A stretch of DNA of 64,000 bases from Vicugna vicugna (taxonomy: Eukaryota): NCBI GenBank assembly GCA_013265495.1, contig MU058791.1:312001-376000 (forward strand), read 5' to 3'. Below, in pieces: positions 1 to 13,780 of the stretch. The number at the start of each line of letters is the position of its first letter. Position 1 is the first letter of the stretch. The position numbers were made by a program, and so were the translations under genes. Under the pieces are notes generated by a model. The model had not been told where the DNA came from and did not search any database. It saw only the letters and a list, made by a program, of their open reading frames with translations.

Positions 1-1204
1 AGACAACTTATTTGCGATTCTCAACTGCTATTCAAGAAAGTAATTTATGCTCTGCATTGAACTCAAGAGAGCTGTGTCAATTTAAAGTGTCTCTTTTTGT
101 ATCAGTTTTTTCCCCCCATGGGGAACAGACTGCTAAGTGCAACTGAGAATTGTTTTGTGTGTCAGAGAGGCTTGACTTGTTTACTGTGGCTGGAGGCAGT
201 TTGAAAAGCATGCCTGCAGGCAGTGGCTGTGCTTCCTGGGCAGAGAGCACTTTTCATCTTGTGATTTGCATGTTTCTTTTAAGTTGGGGAGAACTGTAGA
301 ATCTTTGGATGGCAGCAACAAAGCTGTAGACATTAAAGATCAGGCTTCCCAGGTAGAAAGGGGCAAATGAAAAAAATCTTCCCCAGGCCCTCCCTTGCCA
401 GTAAAAATGTACGACGTTCTAATGTTATGAAACTGCATCTTTAAACCACCCCCCACCCCATCCCCCGCCCCCACCACAAGCAACTTCAGACAGGGGTGAA
501 AGGCAGCAGGAAACAATAATCTTCGGTATTTACCACTTCCTAGGAAGAGGACTTTGAAGAAAACCAGCCTCATGGGAACATTTTATTGCCCCTTCATTGC
601 AGTTACTTAGTCATTTTTGAGACTGGTTTTTCTCTGGGCAGAATATCCTGTAAAATGTAGAGTTGCCAACATTCTAGCATAAACCCTCCTTTTAAATGCT
701 TTTTGTAGTTGAAACCAGCTAGAATAACTGGTGTGCCAAACCCCTGAGTCCAGGGTTAAAGGAATGGGAGCAAGTGAAATTTAAGGCAAACAAAAATTAT
801 TTGCAAATTACAGTGTGCACCAAAAAATACAACCACTTAGCTGATCATTTTCTTTTTGCAACCTTTAGGGAAGCGGTTCAGAGTGTACAGACTATTTCTC
901 ATTTTCTGTAGCATTTTCTGTGTCATTTTAGGGCACTGAATACTTTGTTTATTTAGAGTTAATTATGCATGTATTTTCACTTCTCAACCAGAGTCCCTTA
1001 GTGCTGGGTCTCTGTCTCTGCTCTTTGTTTCTCCCATGGCTCCTGGGAGAGTGCTTTACGCATAGTTACTGTTCCGCAATTATTGTTCAGTGAGTGCACT
1101 TTTACAAAACATGGACACGATTTTTTTGTTTTGTTTTTCCAGTTCAGCTCCTAATGAATGAATATATCTGGCTGGGCAGACATAGAATCAAAGAACACTC
1201 CAAG

Positions 1205-1350
1205 TGACCAGAATCATAGAACCATAAAATTTTATAGCCATAAAGGACCTGGGAGATTTTTAATTCAACCTATTTGTTTTACACATGAGCAGTCACAGCT
1301 GATAGAGATCAAGGGACTTGCCCAGGGTTGCCGAGCTAGCAGGGGATGAA
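1205..1350 (-). mobile_element. MIR/MIR3 SINE fragment
   Basis: ATCATAGAA...TTTTACACATGAG...AAGGGACTTGCCCAGGGT...AGCTAG resembles the MIR core. Confidence 0.6.
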
Positions 1351-3059
1351 TCAGCCGTTCATCTCACTCACCCATTGATAAACCACGTAGAAACTGACAT
1401 CGCTGACAATTGCTTTAGCTACCCTATTACAGTACATTTAAATTTCATCATTCTGTATGCCCCTGATTCCCCTTGGGGAAGATATTCAATTGATTTTTAG
1501 TTTTATCTCTTCTGAATTTGGGGCTAACTAACTCCTTTGGTTTCTCTGTCTACTTTCTAAAATTTCTTCATGGCGCTTACAAGGAAACTGACCTAAACGG
1601 TTTGTCTGTTTTGCCCATGTTGGACAAAGAAGTGGGGGGAGAGGAAGGAAGAGGGGAGACATTATGTAAACAGGAAGTGACCAGACCACATACAACAGGA
1701 GAACTTTGACCTCTGATCTGAAACAGCCAGCCCAGGGAGCCAAACAGCCCCTCTGTGCAGTTGGCCCTGAATGGCCAGGACTTAACCAGTCACTGATGCA
1801 ATCATCTCTAATTTCTATCATGTTTCCAATTTAGGAGCAGGCTGAGAAAGCCCATTACATTCCCCAGACCAGCCACAGAGGATGCCCCCCCTCGAGTTAG
1901 AGACGTGGCTTCTCCAGGTGCACAGCCCCAGGCAGGGCATGCCTGAAGCCTTCACTTTTTTCACTACCAGCTTTCCCACCTCCCTGCCTGCTCCGAGTCT
2001 CTACCAAATGCACGTGATGGTGAGTGACTCCCCGGCGCCCGCAGGTGCTGAATAAATAGTGTTCGCCTGGTCTCACTCTCACGGAGGAAGACCCACAAAG
2101 ACCGGTCCTGCCTACTTCACTGTTCTCTCTCCTTATGATCGTGCACCAGTGATCCCTCTTCATAATAGGGTTTTTAAAAGCCTATTTGTGTTTCCTTTAC
2201 CAAAAGAATGTAGGGAAAATCTTGGTTGATTGTTGAAATCACCATACTGTCTCTGGGATTCTTCTGACCCATCACCCAGTAACCCTGCCCAGACAGGGCA
2301 CAAGGTGGGCGTGGCTCTGAGTCCTCACCTCATTGTTTTCTGGAGTGTTAATAAGATTTCCATTTCATAATCTCTCTGGAATTTCGCTAGGAAGATGATG
2401 CCAGGCATCATCTATTCTTTTCTGGACTCCATCCTTTTCTTTCATTTTGAAAATCAGAATTTTTCTTGTTCCCCAGGATTTCTTGGTACAAATTAAAGGT
2501 CTGAAATCACAAGTAAAGTTGGTAATTTACCAGTCATGGATCTCGTTCTTCTGAATGTCAGAATTTAAGGGATGAAATTAACTTGTTTTAGAGACTACCT
2601 GTATGTCACTTCCCTCTGCACAGTGACACTGCCAAGGTGGCATTTGAAGAGGTGGGGGGACAGGGATTTAGTTCTTCCCAGTGTCTGTCAATCAGCTCAC
2701 ACCCACCCCACCCCCATTATCTGAGCAATTGACATTAACCAACATTAAGTGAAGGGCAAATATAATGGTAAGCCCCCTCATTTCTAATTGTACTGAACCC
2801 ATAAGCCCTTAAGGAATAAAGGGCTAATGTGAGTAAAGTGCTGAAAACACAGCCTGGCCCATGGTTCTCATTCAGTGTCTGTCGGCTGGTGCTGTCACCT
2901 CTGCAGTGGCCACTGAGGCTGCTGCTCTCAGGCGGAATTCATGGAGCTGCTACAATCTCTTCATCAAGATCACGTCACCCCTTCCAGTCCTTGAACTTGC
3001 CAAGCTCTCTTCTGCCTCTTCCTTCACCCACACAGCCCCCTCTGCTTGAGACCCCTCCC

Positions 3060-3565
3060 TCTCATTTCTGCCTACCTCCTTCCTCCTCATCTTTCAGATG
3101 CCTCTTAGATGTCACTTCCTCCAGGAAGCCTTCCTGAACTCCAGTCTAAATCAGGGTTCCCATTTTATCCTCTCAGACCAGGAGTCAGTAAACATTTTTT
3201 TAAAAAGGTCCAGTAGTAAATGTTTTAGACTTTGCAGCTCTGCAGGTGACTACTCAAGACTTTAGTCGTCATGCAGAGGCAGCTATCGCCCGTGTGTAAA
3301 TGAGTGGGCGCGATGCCTCCCAATAAAACTTTATTTACAGAAACAAGGGGTGGGCCTGTGGCTGTGGTTTACTGATCCCTGCTTTAGATTATGCTGTAGA
3401 TTTTCTGCAGTGTGATCATGTGATTGTTTCTCTTTCTCTGAACTGCAGCTTGGTAAATACAAAGCCTCATTGGTGTTTATTTCTGCCTCTGTATGGCAGG
3501 CACAGTGCTGGGCATATAACAGGCACTTAATAAGTGTTTACTGAATGAATGAATGAATGAACAAA
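3060..3565 (+). mobile_element. L2 3' end, split by a MER58A insertion
   Basis: GTCACTTCCTCCAGGAAGCCTTCCTGA and CACAGTGCTGGGCATA...TAATAAGTGTTTACTGAATGAATGAATGAATGA (the L2 tail). Confidence 0.75.
3179..3381 (-). mobile_element. MER58A-like hAT-Charlie non-autonomous DNA transposon
   Basis: TIRs CAGGAGTCAGTAAAC and GTTTACTGATCCCTG; internal CCAATAAAACTTTATTTACA. Confidence 0.85.
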
Positions 3566-4677
3566 TGAGGTGGCGATGCAGAAGGCTTTGAGCCCTCTAC
3601 CACTGCTTCCTGCCTTCTACTTCTCAGTCTGTTTGCCAAAACTTTTGTTTATCTTCTAGTTCTGAATATTTCTTTAAAATAAAACCCTCAGTGATCTTTG
3701 GCCTTTATCCTCTCCTCTCCTCCCACATCTAGATCCTTCTGGACATACCTGTCTTCCCAAGCTGGGGCCAGTCAACTGGTAATTTGGCTGGACAGCTGTT
3801 GTGCCAGATGGGAATTTGCAATCCCTTCTTCTCTAATTAAAACATGGGAGTGAAGTTACGTGTGTGTCATTATGAGTGGTGAGCTCATCATTAGAGCCTG
3901 ATGGCATTCGTATTACAGGGAGGAACACTTGGCCATGTCGAATTGTCATGAATGTGATTTGGGAGAAGGAAAAACAACAAACAAACCAGCCACCACCTAG
4001 CAACCCTACCCCAAGCATTTCAGGCTGTAGTAATTTCTTTTTTACCAAACAAGTTTGTTTTGCTCAGCCACCCTTAAGTCTATAGGTGTGAGCCTTATTG
4101 TTATAGGCGTCTAATTTCAAAGTGACATTTTGGGATGTGCTAATCCCAGCTGTATTTTTCTTGCCTTAATAATGCTTTGCAGTCGAGGCTGTCAGCACTC
4201 CTCAGAGTCCACAGAGCCAAGGCTTCGCGGGGAAAGTGGAACCACCCACCAGCGGAGCCGCTGCCGGCAGACTCTGAATCTTCTGTCCTGCTGACTTCCT
4301 GCAGTAGATCTTTGGGGAGTCAGTGAACCCAGGCATTTCTCAATGTCTCCGATGTAGAAATGTTTCTCACGTTCGGGAAGTTAAAAGCTAGTTTAGGTTA
4401 CAAGCATGTGGTATCTACTGGGAAAATGCTTTTTTTTTTCCCAGACACTTGCTTTCCTGGTAAAAAACCTATTTCCAGGAGGTTGAACCTGTGTTTCTCG
4501 TCAGCTCTATCCTGCTAGTGTTGAGGTCCTGGGAGGCTGACTGAGGCAGGGAAGCCACGTGTAGCCTTGCCCAGGGGCCCGGGAACCAGGGCCAGGGAGG
4601 ACAATAGATTTTACTGGTCACAGTCCAGCCTCAGAAAGCAGGAACTCCTGTCAAAGTACAAAGTCAGTAACACAGGG

Positions 4678-5045
4678 TGTCGTCGTCAGCTGGGGCTGCT
4701 GTAACAAAACACCCTGGACTGAGTGGCTTAAACAACAGACATTTATTTCTCCTGGTTCTGGAGGCCTGGAAGTCCAAGATCCAGGGGCCAGAAGAGTTGG
4801 TGTCTGGTGAGGGCTCTTCCTGTCCTGCAGACGGCCACCTTCTCACCGTGTCCTCCTGTGTGGAGAGAGAGCTCGTGTCTCTCTTCCTCTTCTTTTAAGG
4901 GCAGTAACCCCATCATGAGGGCCCCAATCTCGTGTCCTGATCTAAACCTAATCACCTCCCAAAGGCCTCGCCTCTAAACACCATCACATCACAGGTTTAG
5001 GCTTCAACATGTGAATTTGGAGGGAGACAGACAAAGCCCAGAGCA
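4678..5045 (-). mobile_element. MLT1A-like MaLR solo LTR
   Basis: TGT...GGGCTGCTGTAACAAAA...GTGGCTTAAACAACAGACATTTATTTCTC...TCTGGAGGC...CTTCAACATGTGAATTTGG...GCA. Confidence 0.85.
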
Positions 5046-5479
5046 GAGATATTGGAAGGGCTGCCAGGAACGATTCTCAAAACGATTCCAGGAGGATTTC
5101 CCCTTTGCCAGGATCAGGAGGCAGAGAAGGATCAGGAACGCAGAGGATTATCAGGACCTGGGGGGTGGGGGGGTCACTAGGTTGCTGCCGGCTGTGGGAC
5201 CAGCCCTTCCTCCCAACTCTAAATTCACAAACTAGGGCCTGCTCCCTGGGACTTATGCCACCTTGTTGGGTGATAAATCCAGGCCATCTTGAAATTCTGA
5301 ATCATTCTGTCTTTGCATTTGTGTTTCACAGGCCAAGTCCAATGAACGTGCTCTGGGGACTTGGTGCCTCGGCTCATGGGAGGTTCTGCCCCCACTATAT
5401 GATCGCCTCTCCAGGGTGGGTTTCCACCCTGTGGAGCGGGTAGTGTGGGGCGCTGACTTTGACTCTTTGTGCCCGAGGA

Positions 5480-5632
5480 AGAGAGACATGAAATAGCAAA
5501 TTTAAAAATGCCATGGCACATTCAGAAAGAGATTGTGGAAGCAAGAGGAAAACCTTCCTCTCTGTGTTCTGAACAAGGGGCCGTGCATTTTTTAATTTGC
5601 ACTGGACTCTGCAAATTATGTAGCTTGCCCTG
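5480..5632 (-). mobile_element. MER91-like hAT-Tip100 fragment
   Basis: Reverse complement reads CAGGGCAAGCTACATAATTTGCAGAGTCCAGTGCAAA...GGCCCCTTGTTCA. Confidence 0.55.
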
Positions 5633-8600
5633 GATAAATCTAATACCTCCATGACTCTCTGTAGCAGCCCCTGCCTCACTTTGGTTTCCCCTGCTCTTCT
5701 CAGCACCGAAATGTAGTCTGGAGGGCTCCATCCCTGGGTGGGCATACAGCAGCCTGTGAAGGAATGGAGATGAGGGATCCAGCGGTCCTAAAAAGGGAGA
5801 TGCCCCAGGAAGACCCAGGAAAAGGGGAACAGGGAGTGAAGAGGGTGTGGAGAAATTTGGGGCAGGGGTTGAATTTGTCCCCAAAGCTCCTGGTTTGAGC
5901 TACTCCTAGGTGCCCACCTGTTCCTGGGTACAGCTTCTCTCTGCGGTGTGTAGACCAGCGTGGCTCAAACTTAGACAGCAGTAGGCAAGCATGTTTGAAA
6001 ATGAAGCTGTGTGGATTTTTACCCTCAAAGATTCTGATGCCGAAATCCTATGGTGAGACCCAGAACCTAAGTGGCAGGGGGTTCTCTGGAGACCCTGAGA
6101 TGTGTTTCAGATCAGTCACTAGTATCCCGTCTTCTGTGCCCTCTGGGCCACCTGTCCCACCCACGTTTTTTTCAGACCTGGCCTATTTGTTTTCCTTTTC
6201 TGCGGGGTTTGTTTTTTTTTTTCTGGTGACTGTTGGATCTGTCTTTGTTAACTGTCTCATTGGTCAAGGGACTGAAGGCAGAGTATTTTCTTTCCTGTGA
6301 GTCCTCTGGTGAACCTAGGATGTTGAAGATATGAGCTATGTTAAGATGAGGCTATTAAGTCATCTGTGGAGTTCGGGGTGGAATCCATTCAACATTTATT
6401 GAGCCCCTGCAGTGTGCCCATTGGCAGGGGTACTGAACAATGAATACACAGCCCCCTGCCCTGTAGTTCACAGCTTCTCAGGGAAGCTGAGCACCTGTCT
6501 TCACTAGGGTTCCAGCAGGTGGGGGCACAGCTTCTGTTTGGCAAAAAACCAGCAGAACATCCACTCTTGCAGATCACACTTGGGTTCTGTGGTGACTGCT
6601 CTTTGATCTCCTGAACACAAGGTGTTAAGCTGAGTTGGTCATGCCCTCCGTGTTTGGGGGAACATCTATCGACCCCCACCCCTGCCTTGAGAACAGAACC
6701 CAGCTGTGGTGTCCCAGCTCCATTACAGCTGTGGAAATGTCACTTTGAACTTCCAGGAATGGAGGCCAAGGCTTTCTCGAGGCCGTGTCCTGAAGTTCAC
6801 GGCTCTGCGAACTCAAGGTCGCTGGCCTTCTGGGTTGAAAATTTCCTCCCCCAGATGTATTTACCATCTGGAGCAAACAGGATTTCAGGAAATGAGGGGG
6901 TGGCTACCCCAGAAGGGGGTGGCTGTGACCTAGACTGTAAGCAGAAATGGGTAGCTTTCTTCTGACAGGGTGGCACATCAAGGGCTCCGATGTCCCCAGT
7001 CAGTGGGGTTTGTTTGGAGAGAGCCAGATCGTTCTGTAAATTGTAGCCATTCCGACTTTAGGTTCATTGCTTCATTCATGTCCTTGGCCAGTTCTTTGCT
7101 GCCAACTTGCCTCTTCTCCTGGGCTGCCCGTAGGACTATGTTCACCATCTACCATCAGCTCTTCATTCTCTCTCCAAAGATAAAGAAAGCTTGATATTTG
7201 CAGACATGAGCTGGGTAGCTCTATTTGTGCTCGAACCAGATCCTCTGGGAGGTCTACTCTGTGATCAGAACACCTGGGACAGTTTCCTGGACATAATGCC
7301 AGTGTTGGGCATCTTTATCCAACAACGGCAACAAATACTTGCTAGGGCCAAGTGCGTATGTCACTCTGTGAGATGCTATAGAGGAGAAACACTGAGTGGT
7401 CTGGTTACTGAAGGGCTCCCATCAAGAGAGACGGTGCTGTAAAACACATGCATTTGCAAGTTACACTACGTCTTCCTATGCGGACACTCTAATCACATTT
7501 TTTGGTGAGGGATAATCGCTTATTAGCTTCAGAAAGACCTCATTCATGCCTTGATTCTCAGTGTCGCCACACGAAAGCAATAGCTGAACCTGGGTGCCTG
7601 CTGTGAAAATGAAAATACTGAAGGATGTTCGATTGCTTCTCCATTATTCATGTGCGTCTGCGGCAGACCGTCGGCGGTAGTGCATCTGCTCGGAGCACGT
7701 GATTACGTGTGGCTCCCACTTCAGCCCGTTTGTTTCATTTCCTCCAGCTGCTCTCCAGCAGGATGATGGTTGAATGAGGCAGATATTTTGACTGTAAAAA
7801 GCTCCCAAGATACATTAATGTATGCCTTATCCAGAGAGGGGACCAAAGAAAACCCTGAGATTCAGAGTAGTTCGAACTAGTATTTATCGAGTACCTACTA
7901 TGTACCAGGCACCCTTGTCCAAATCTCAGGAAGTGAATTCATTTTCAAAGGGAAATGGAATATGTTTGGGGAAAGTCTACCTCCTGAAGATTAAGAACAA
8001 CCTACTGTGAAGTTGCATCCCTGGGTGCCCTGTTTTGAATTTGCTCTAGTCTACTAAATGCTTGTTGTGGGAGAGCAATGCTGAATGCAAATGATCTGTG
8101 TAAGATTGCCTGGGCCGTAGGCTGAAGGCAAGACGGAAGGTCTGCAGGGAGGAGAAGGGATCTGTGCTCATGGGTTTCTGAAACTGCCTTTGTGTGTAGG
8201 TTACTGATGGATCCTCTGTAGCCCTGAGCCCGCCCCTGGATGGGAGCAAAATGAACCGAGGCAGTTTCACCTTTTCACGTGTGGCTTGTGAACGACATGC
8301 TATCTGCTGTATGTGCGATGCCTGGATATAGCAAATCTAATTTCATTAGGTCTGCACAGTCCAAAATATCTCAGTACGTGTGATGTGATGTAATCTCTGC
8401 ATTTGTTGGGGGGAGTTGAGTGGGGTGAGGATGGAGAAAACAGCCACTTTAGAATCAGCAAAAACGGATACAGTTACTGTTTAGTCTTTCAGAAGAATGT
8501 GTGGATATTAATAGAATTGAGAGAGTGGATACAAGTTCTCCATAAGTCAGGGAAGGCCACAGATGTGTCTGGGTTGTCTGGGTTCACGTGGCCCTATGGT

Positions 8601-10020
8601 CAGCAGTGAGTGTTTACCATCATTGTTAGTTGTGCACTAATAGTGACTTCTTATCTTTGCGGGGTTTCTGGGATCAGTCATTCTATTTGCTTGAGTTGTA
8701 AAATTGCGGGTCAAGTTTTGGGTGAGAGAGTCAGACACAGAAAGGCCTCCCTGCGCCCACCCCGTTTTGAGAGTTGATGCAGGGGAGATGCAGTCAGTTT
8801 GGGGAGGCAAAGTGCTGAAGCCTCTAGGTTCTTATTTAATCACTGTGCACTCATGGAGCCTGGAGGGGGTGCTGGGGTCTGGGAGAGAAGACAGAAGCTC
8901 TTACTGGGCCCTGGAGAGTTCATGACTCCATTGTACACGGCTGGCATCCGGGGAATAGGCAACGCAGTGCTTCAGAGGAGAGATCTTTTTAACCAAGACT
9001 TGCGTGATGGAGGAAGAAAGGACTGAACCTTTTTGCTCTTTGCTGCTCCTCTGTTCCCTCACACTGAGCCCCTGTCATGACAACCCTGTTACATGGTAGA
9101 GGCAGGAACACGATCAGAAGTGATCTGGGAGCTACCCTGCCCCTTTGGCCTCGTCTCTCCAGTTGAGAGATGCTGGTGTTTTTATGAGCACTTGTGAGCT
9201 CTTGGCGTTGACTTGTGCCCCCCACCCCCACCCCGCCTGGAAGTATTAACACAGTTTCCAGACGGGCTCTCGGGGGAGGGCCTGGGGCTTCCCCATTGTA
9301 GCCTCTGGAGACGAGAATTCCAAAATTGTATAAATCCCTGGGTACCAACTAGAGGATGCTTCATCGCAGGCATTAAGGCTAAAAGCCTGCTTTCAACAAG
9401 TGGCCTTATTTTGCAACAAACAGAACAATAGAAGTTTGTGAAAATACCCAATCTAGAAGGAAAAAGGGGGAGGGACACTCAGTATGAAAGTAGATTTGAC
9501 TCCAGTTCCCTGCTGCTTACGTGGGAAGGTGGGTGGGTGTCCCCGGTTCAGATTAAGTGCTCCCTCTGAGCCCTGCTCCGCTCGAGGGTGGCTTCAGAAA
9601 CTACCAAACAAAACAGCGGACTCTGCATTTTACTGGAAAGGCTTTGTGTCATGCCAGGCAAGACCTGGAAAGAGCCTCCACCCTGCAGCCCACTCCCATT
9701 TTGGTTTTTGTTGAACAGACTACAGAGGGGTCACAAACGTGGGGTTTGATTCCGAGGAAATTCCAGGCTCCTTTGTTTAGCAAATGTGGATCTGGTGAAG
9801 TGCGGCCTTCTCCCCCTCGTGCCCGATAATGAGAATTTTCCCTCTCATTTACTTAACCACACAAGCTGTTTGCTCCAAGATCTTTAAGTCCTTTATCGGT
9901 CGTTTGTGCCCTGAACTTCTGCCCTTAAGCATTCTGTGTCCTGTAAATAGTGTGAGCAAGTTTTTCTTTTTAGGACAAGTTTTGTCCCATTCTGTTCTGG
10001 CTGTTCCTCATCTGAGGGCT

Positions 10021-10527
10021 TGTTACCAAACTTACTCTGCTTGCCACACGACAGGCCAATAAATTGGGAGACGAGGTATTGGGCAAGGAATAACAATTTT
10101 ATTCAGAAAGCCAGCAGACCAAGAAGATGGGGGACTAATGTCATGGAGAACCATCTTTGCCAAGTCAGAATTTCGGCTCCGTTTATACTAAAAAGGGGAT
10201 GGGGTTGGTTGTTGCAGACTTCTTGGTGTCTGAATCCTTTGCTCTTGCAGCTGTCCCCCTAGGTCAGGTCATGATGTTCCTGTAAGCCTCCAACAGGACA
10301 AATGTTTTTCCCTGTCCTGCAACTTTTAGTCTCTGTGTGAATGGGAAAGTGTTAATACCCTTAAAGGGCAGAGCCTTGAGGATGGGCTCTCCTGTATATT
10401 TCAGGTTCTAGGCAACATTCTTTTACGAAAGGTGCAGAAGCAGCGTGACCAAGCGCAGGGAACAGCACAGGGTTAGAGCCAAAGGAACAGACGTAATACG
10501 GAGTCAGATTTGTTCTTCCCTTTTACA
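10021..10527 (-). mobile_element. Solo ERV1-class LTR, 507 bp
   Basis: TG...CA termini; 4-bp TSD GGCT (10017-10020 and 10528-10531); minus-strand AATAAA at 10103-10098. Confidence 0.85.
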
Positions 10528-12645
10528 GGCTCAGTCCTCAAAGATACAGGGTGCAAACACGACTCTCCAGCATTAGAAGGGCTTTCTTCCCCCAACAGGA
10601 TCCCTGACCTTGTTAAGTCATTTCCGCTCACCTGGTGTGCGTCGCATACCTGCTAGCGGGCCCCTGCGCTGACCCTGATCTGTCATTAAGTACTTGTCGC
10701 CCATCTGCCTTCGCAGGTGGAAGGAGCACCTCCTGAGGCCTGGGACCCTTTCTCAGGTATCTTTGAATTCTCCCCACCCAGCCAAGCCAGTGTCTGCTAC
10801 AGAATCATTTCCAAGGGCAAACAAATGTTACAACACAGATGTGATGAGATAGATGCTAAGCAAACAATTCAGGTAAAAACCCCAAGGCTGGTGGAGATTG
10901 GGCTGGAAGTAATACAGATACCAACCAGCATCTTTGACGGACATTAATGAGTAATTGGATAAAATCCGTAACATGCAGTCAGTATTTGACTAATTAGCTA
11001 AGTGCTTGGCGGTTGGCACACGGGAAACTGAATTTCTGCCCCACCCATTTCTGTCATCAGTGCACTTAGCTTCCCGGGAGAACTTTCCAGAAGCGCTTGT
11101 TGGATGCCATTCAGAGGGCGTCAGGAGTTTGAGGGTCCGTCTTAATTATCTCCAGTTGACTCGTTCCTGAGAATAGTCATGGTTTGCCACCTGTAACTGG
11201 TGAGTGATATTTTGAGCATGTCTAGGGATTCAGATTCCAATTAATTGTCAGAATGTATCTTCATCTACTATGTGCCCAGGGGTGCAGGGAAGTGAGGGGT
11301 GTGATTGCCAGCTGCAGTGTGAGTGTCCTGGAATGAGACAGAGGTGGGGCGTGGGGTGCCGGTGCCGTAGTGTGAGGCGCTGGCAAACTTAGTTGATCAC
11401 AGCATCCTTTTCCCTGGACGCAGTGTACATAAGGCCCCGCTATGGGATACTGCTCCAGTGCCGCTTCTTATTTTACAGAGGAATAACTTAGGCCTGGACA
11501 GGTGAAGGCCATGAGGGTAGGACGCAATGGAGCTAGGACAGAACCCAGGTCTCCTGGCTCCTAGTTGGGGCCCCTTCCTGTGAACCACATGGCTTCTAAT
11601 GCAGGGTGAGAAAGTGGGAAGAAGCTGTGTGTGTGTGCACGTGTGTGTGTGTTAGACGGAGACAATCAGACACACACACCTTGTTCAGAACCGGCCCTGG
11701 GCAGCAGGCAGTGTTTGCTTCAGTATCTTCTCACCCTGCCCCCAGGTCAGCATCATTTTGCCCCCGGCTGCAATTCCCTTCCCAGTGCCTGGTGAGTCGA
11801 GGCCATTCAGGGGCCCACTCTGACCCCCAGTGTCTCTTCTCTATCCCCTGTTCTGTGGCCCAAGAACTTCCCAAGGAATAATTCAGATGAGGGGTTCTCA
11901 GGAGTGAACTGATGAAGGCAGAGCGTGAGGGTGGGGGTCTCTCCTGGGGCAGAGGCACAGAGCACGTGGCCTGGGTGGCCCCTGGGTCTACCTCCACCCT
12001 GGACTGCCCTTGGATGTGGCCATTTGTGGCCACCTCCCTCATTCTCCCTTTGGCAGGGAACTCTTGGAAACAGGAGTTACTGGGAAACCAAAAGTAAACA
12101 GCCCAGCCTCTCCCTTGGGCCCAGGACCAGAGGGGCTGGTGCCAGCAGCCGGGCTCAGTCTGCGAGGCTCTGGGCCGGTGCAGGGGCTGGGAGTGCAGGG
12201 CAGCTGGAGTCCTGACTGCCAGAGGCAGAACGAGTTCGTAGAAAAGGGCAAACTGAGATGCTCTTTGTCTGTTTGTTTCTCAGCCAAGCAACTTGGAGTG
12301 GAAAGTCACCAGAATAGCTCTTTACTTTGAGTGAAAGCAGGTACTTTATCCTCATTTCCAAGCTGAGCAGAGAGGTTGTGACTAAACCAAGGTCCTTCAG
12401 GGGAGGGACCACTCGACCTCGAACACCAGGCGCTCTGACCCATGCATTGCTTTCTCTCTGCTCCTTGGATCCCTCACGGATAGAACAGCCTCCAGGGGCA
12501 GAGAGTCTGGATCTCAGAGAGACCAGGATGCCGGCTAATTTACAAATAAACCGGCTTCTCTTTTCCCTGCCTGACCCTGCCCGCTTCCCTTGACAGGCTT
12601 GGCTGAGCCTGCACAGAGGTTCTGGGGTACATACCCAGAAGTGGG

Positions 12646-12845
12646 ATTCCTTCCTTCCCTCCTTCCTTCCGTCCTTCCTTCCTTCTTTCCTTCTTTCTTT
12701 CCTTCCTTTCCTCCCTTCCTTCCTTTCCTCCCTTCCTTCTTCTCTTCCTTCCTCCCTCCCTCCCTTCCTTCCTTTCTTCCCTCCCTGTCTCTATCTGTCC
12801 CTCTTTCTTCCCTCCTTCCCTTCCTCCCCACCCCCCTTTTCTTCC
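12646..12845. repeat. (TTCC)n/(CCCT)n polypyrimidine microsatellite
   Basis: About 200 nt of almost pure C/T. Confidence 0.95.
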
Positions 12846-13265
12846 TGGGCTTTAAAGCTTAAAGGTTTTCCAGGAAAACCTATCCCCTGCATGTCCCTTT
12901 CCCTCCACTAGTGAGGAGACTCTGGGGCTGCCTGTACACATTCTAATAAACTTTTCCGCAGCATCCCTGTAAAGGGAAAATTGCTCTTGAGAGGTGTTGT
13001 GGGGTTTGTAATGAGAGGGGTTTGGAAAGCCTCCTGGGCCATTTAGTGGTGTGTTAATTTCCCGAGAACAGCTCCCTGGACTATTTGAGTTCTCTTAGCA
13101 TCCCTGGGCACGCGCCGCCTCAGTCACAGACACATGGCGCGACCCTTCAAGCAAGCATCTAGCACCTTTTCCTTACTGCGAGGATCTGCAGTAAGTCCCA
13201 GCTTTGCAAATTGATCCGGTGGCACTTCCGTACCCAAACACAAAAATGCTTTTACTTTAAAAAAA

Positions 13266-13780
13266 TTTTTTTTTGAAGTGCAGTTGATTTACAATGTTAG
13301 TTTCAGGTGTACAGTAAAACGATTCAGTTATACATATACATATATATATATATATTTTCTTTTCAGATTCTTTTCCATTATAGGTTATTATATGATATTG
13401 AATATAATTCCCTGTGCTACACAGTAGGTTCTTATGGTTTATCTATTTTGTATATAGTCATGTGTGTCTGTTAACCCCCAACCCCTAATTTATCCCTTTC
13501 CACCTTTTCCTCTTTGGTAACCATAGTTTGTTTTCTATGTCTGAGAGTCTGTTTTTGGTTTATAAGTAGAACGTGTATCTTTTTTTTTCAGATTCCACAT
13601 ACAAGTGGCTATCATATGATATTTGTCTTTCTCTGACTTACTTCACTCAATATGATAATTTCTAGGTCCATCCATGTTGCTGCACATGGCATTATTTCAT
13701 TCTTTTTTGTGGCTGAGTAATATTCCGGTGTGTGTGCGCGCGCGTGTGTGTGCACGCGCACACATATGCATGTCACAAGG
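13266..13780 (-). mobile_element. 5'-truncated L1 (ORF2 C-terminus and 3' UTR)
   Basis: Poly-T followed by L1 3' UTR; minus-strand peptide YYSATKKNEIMPCAATWMDLEIIILSEVSQ; TSD ATGCTTTTAC(A)TTTAAA at 13246 and 13781. Confidence 0.9.

Noticed and set aside
12535..12862. Low-complexity ORFs (GRKE / PSFL repeats)
   Set aside because: Translations of the (TTCC)n microsatellite.
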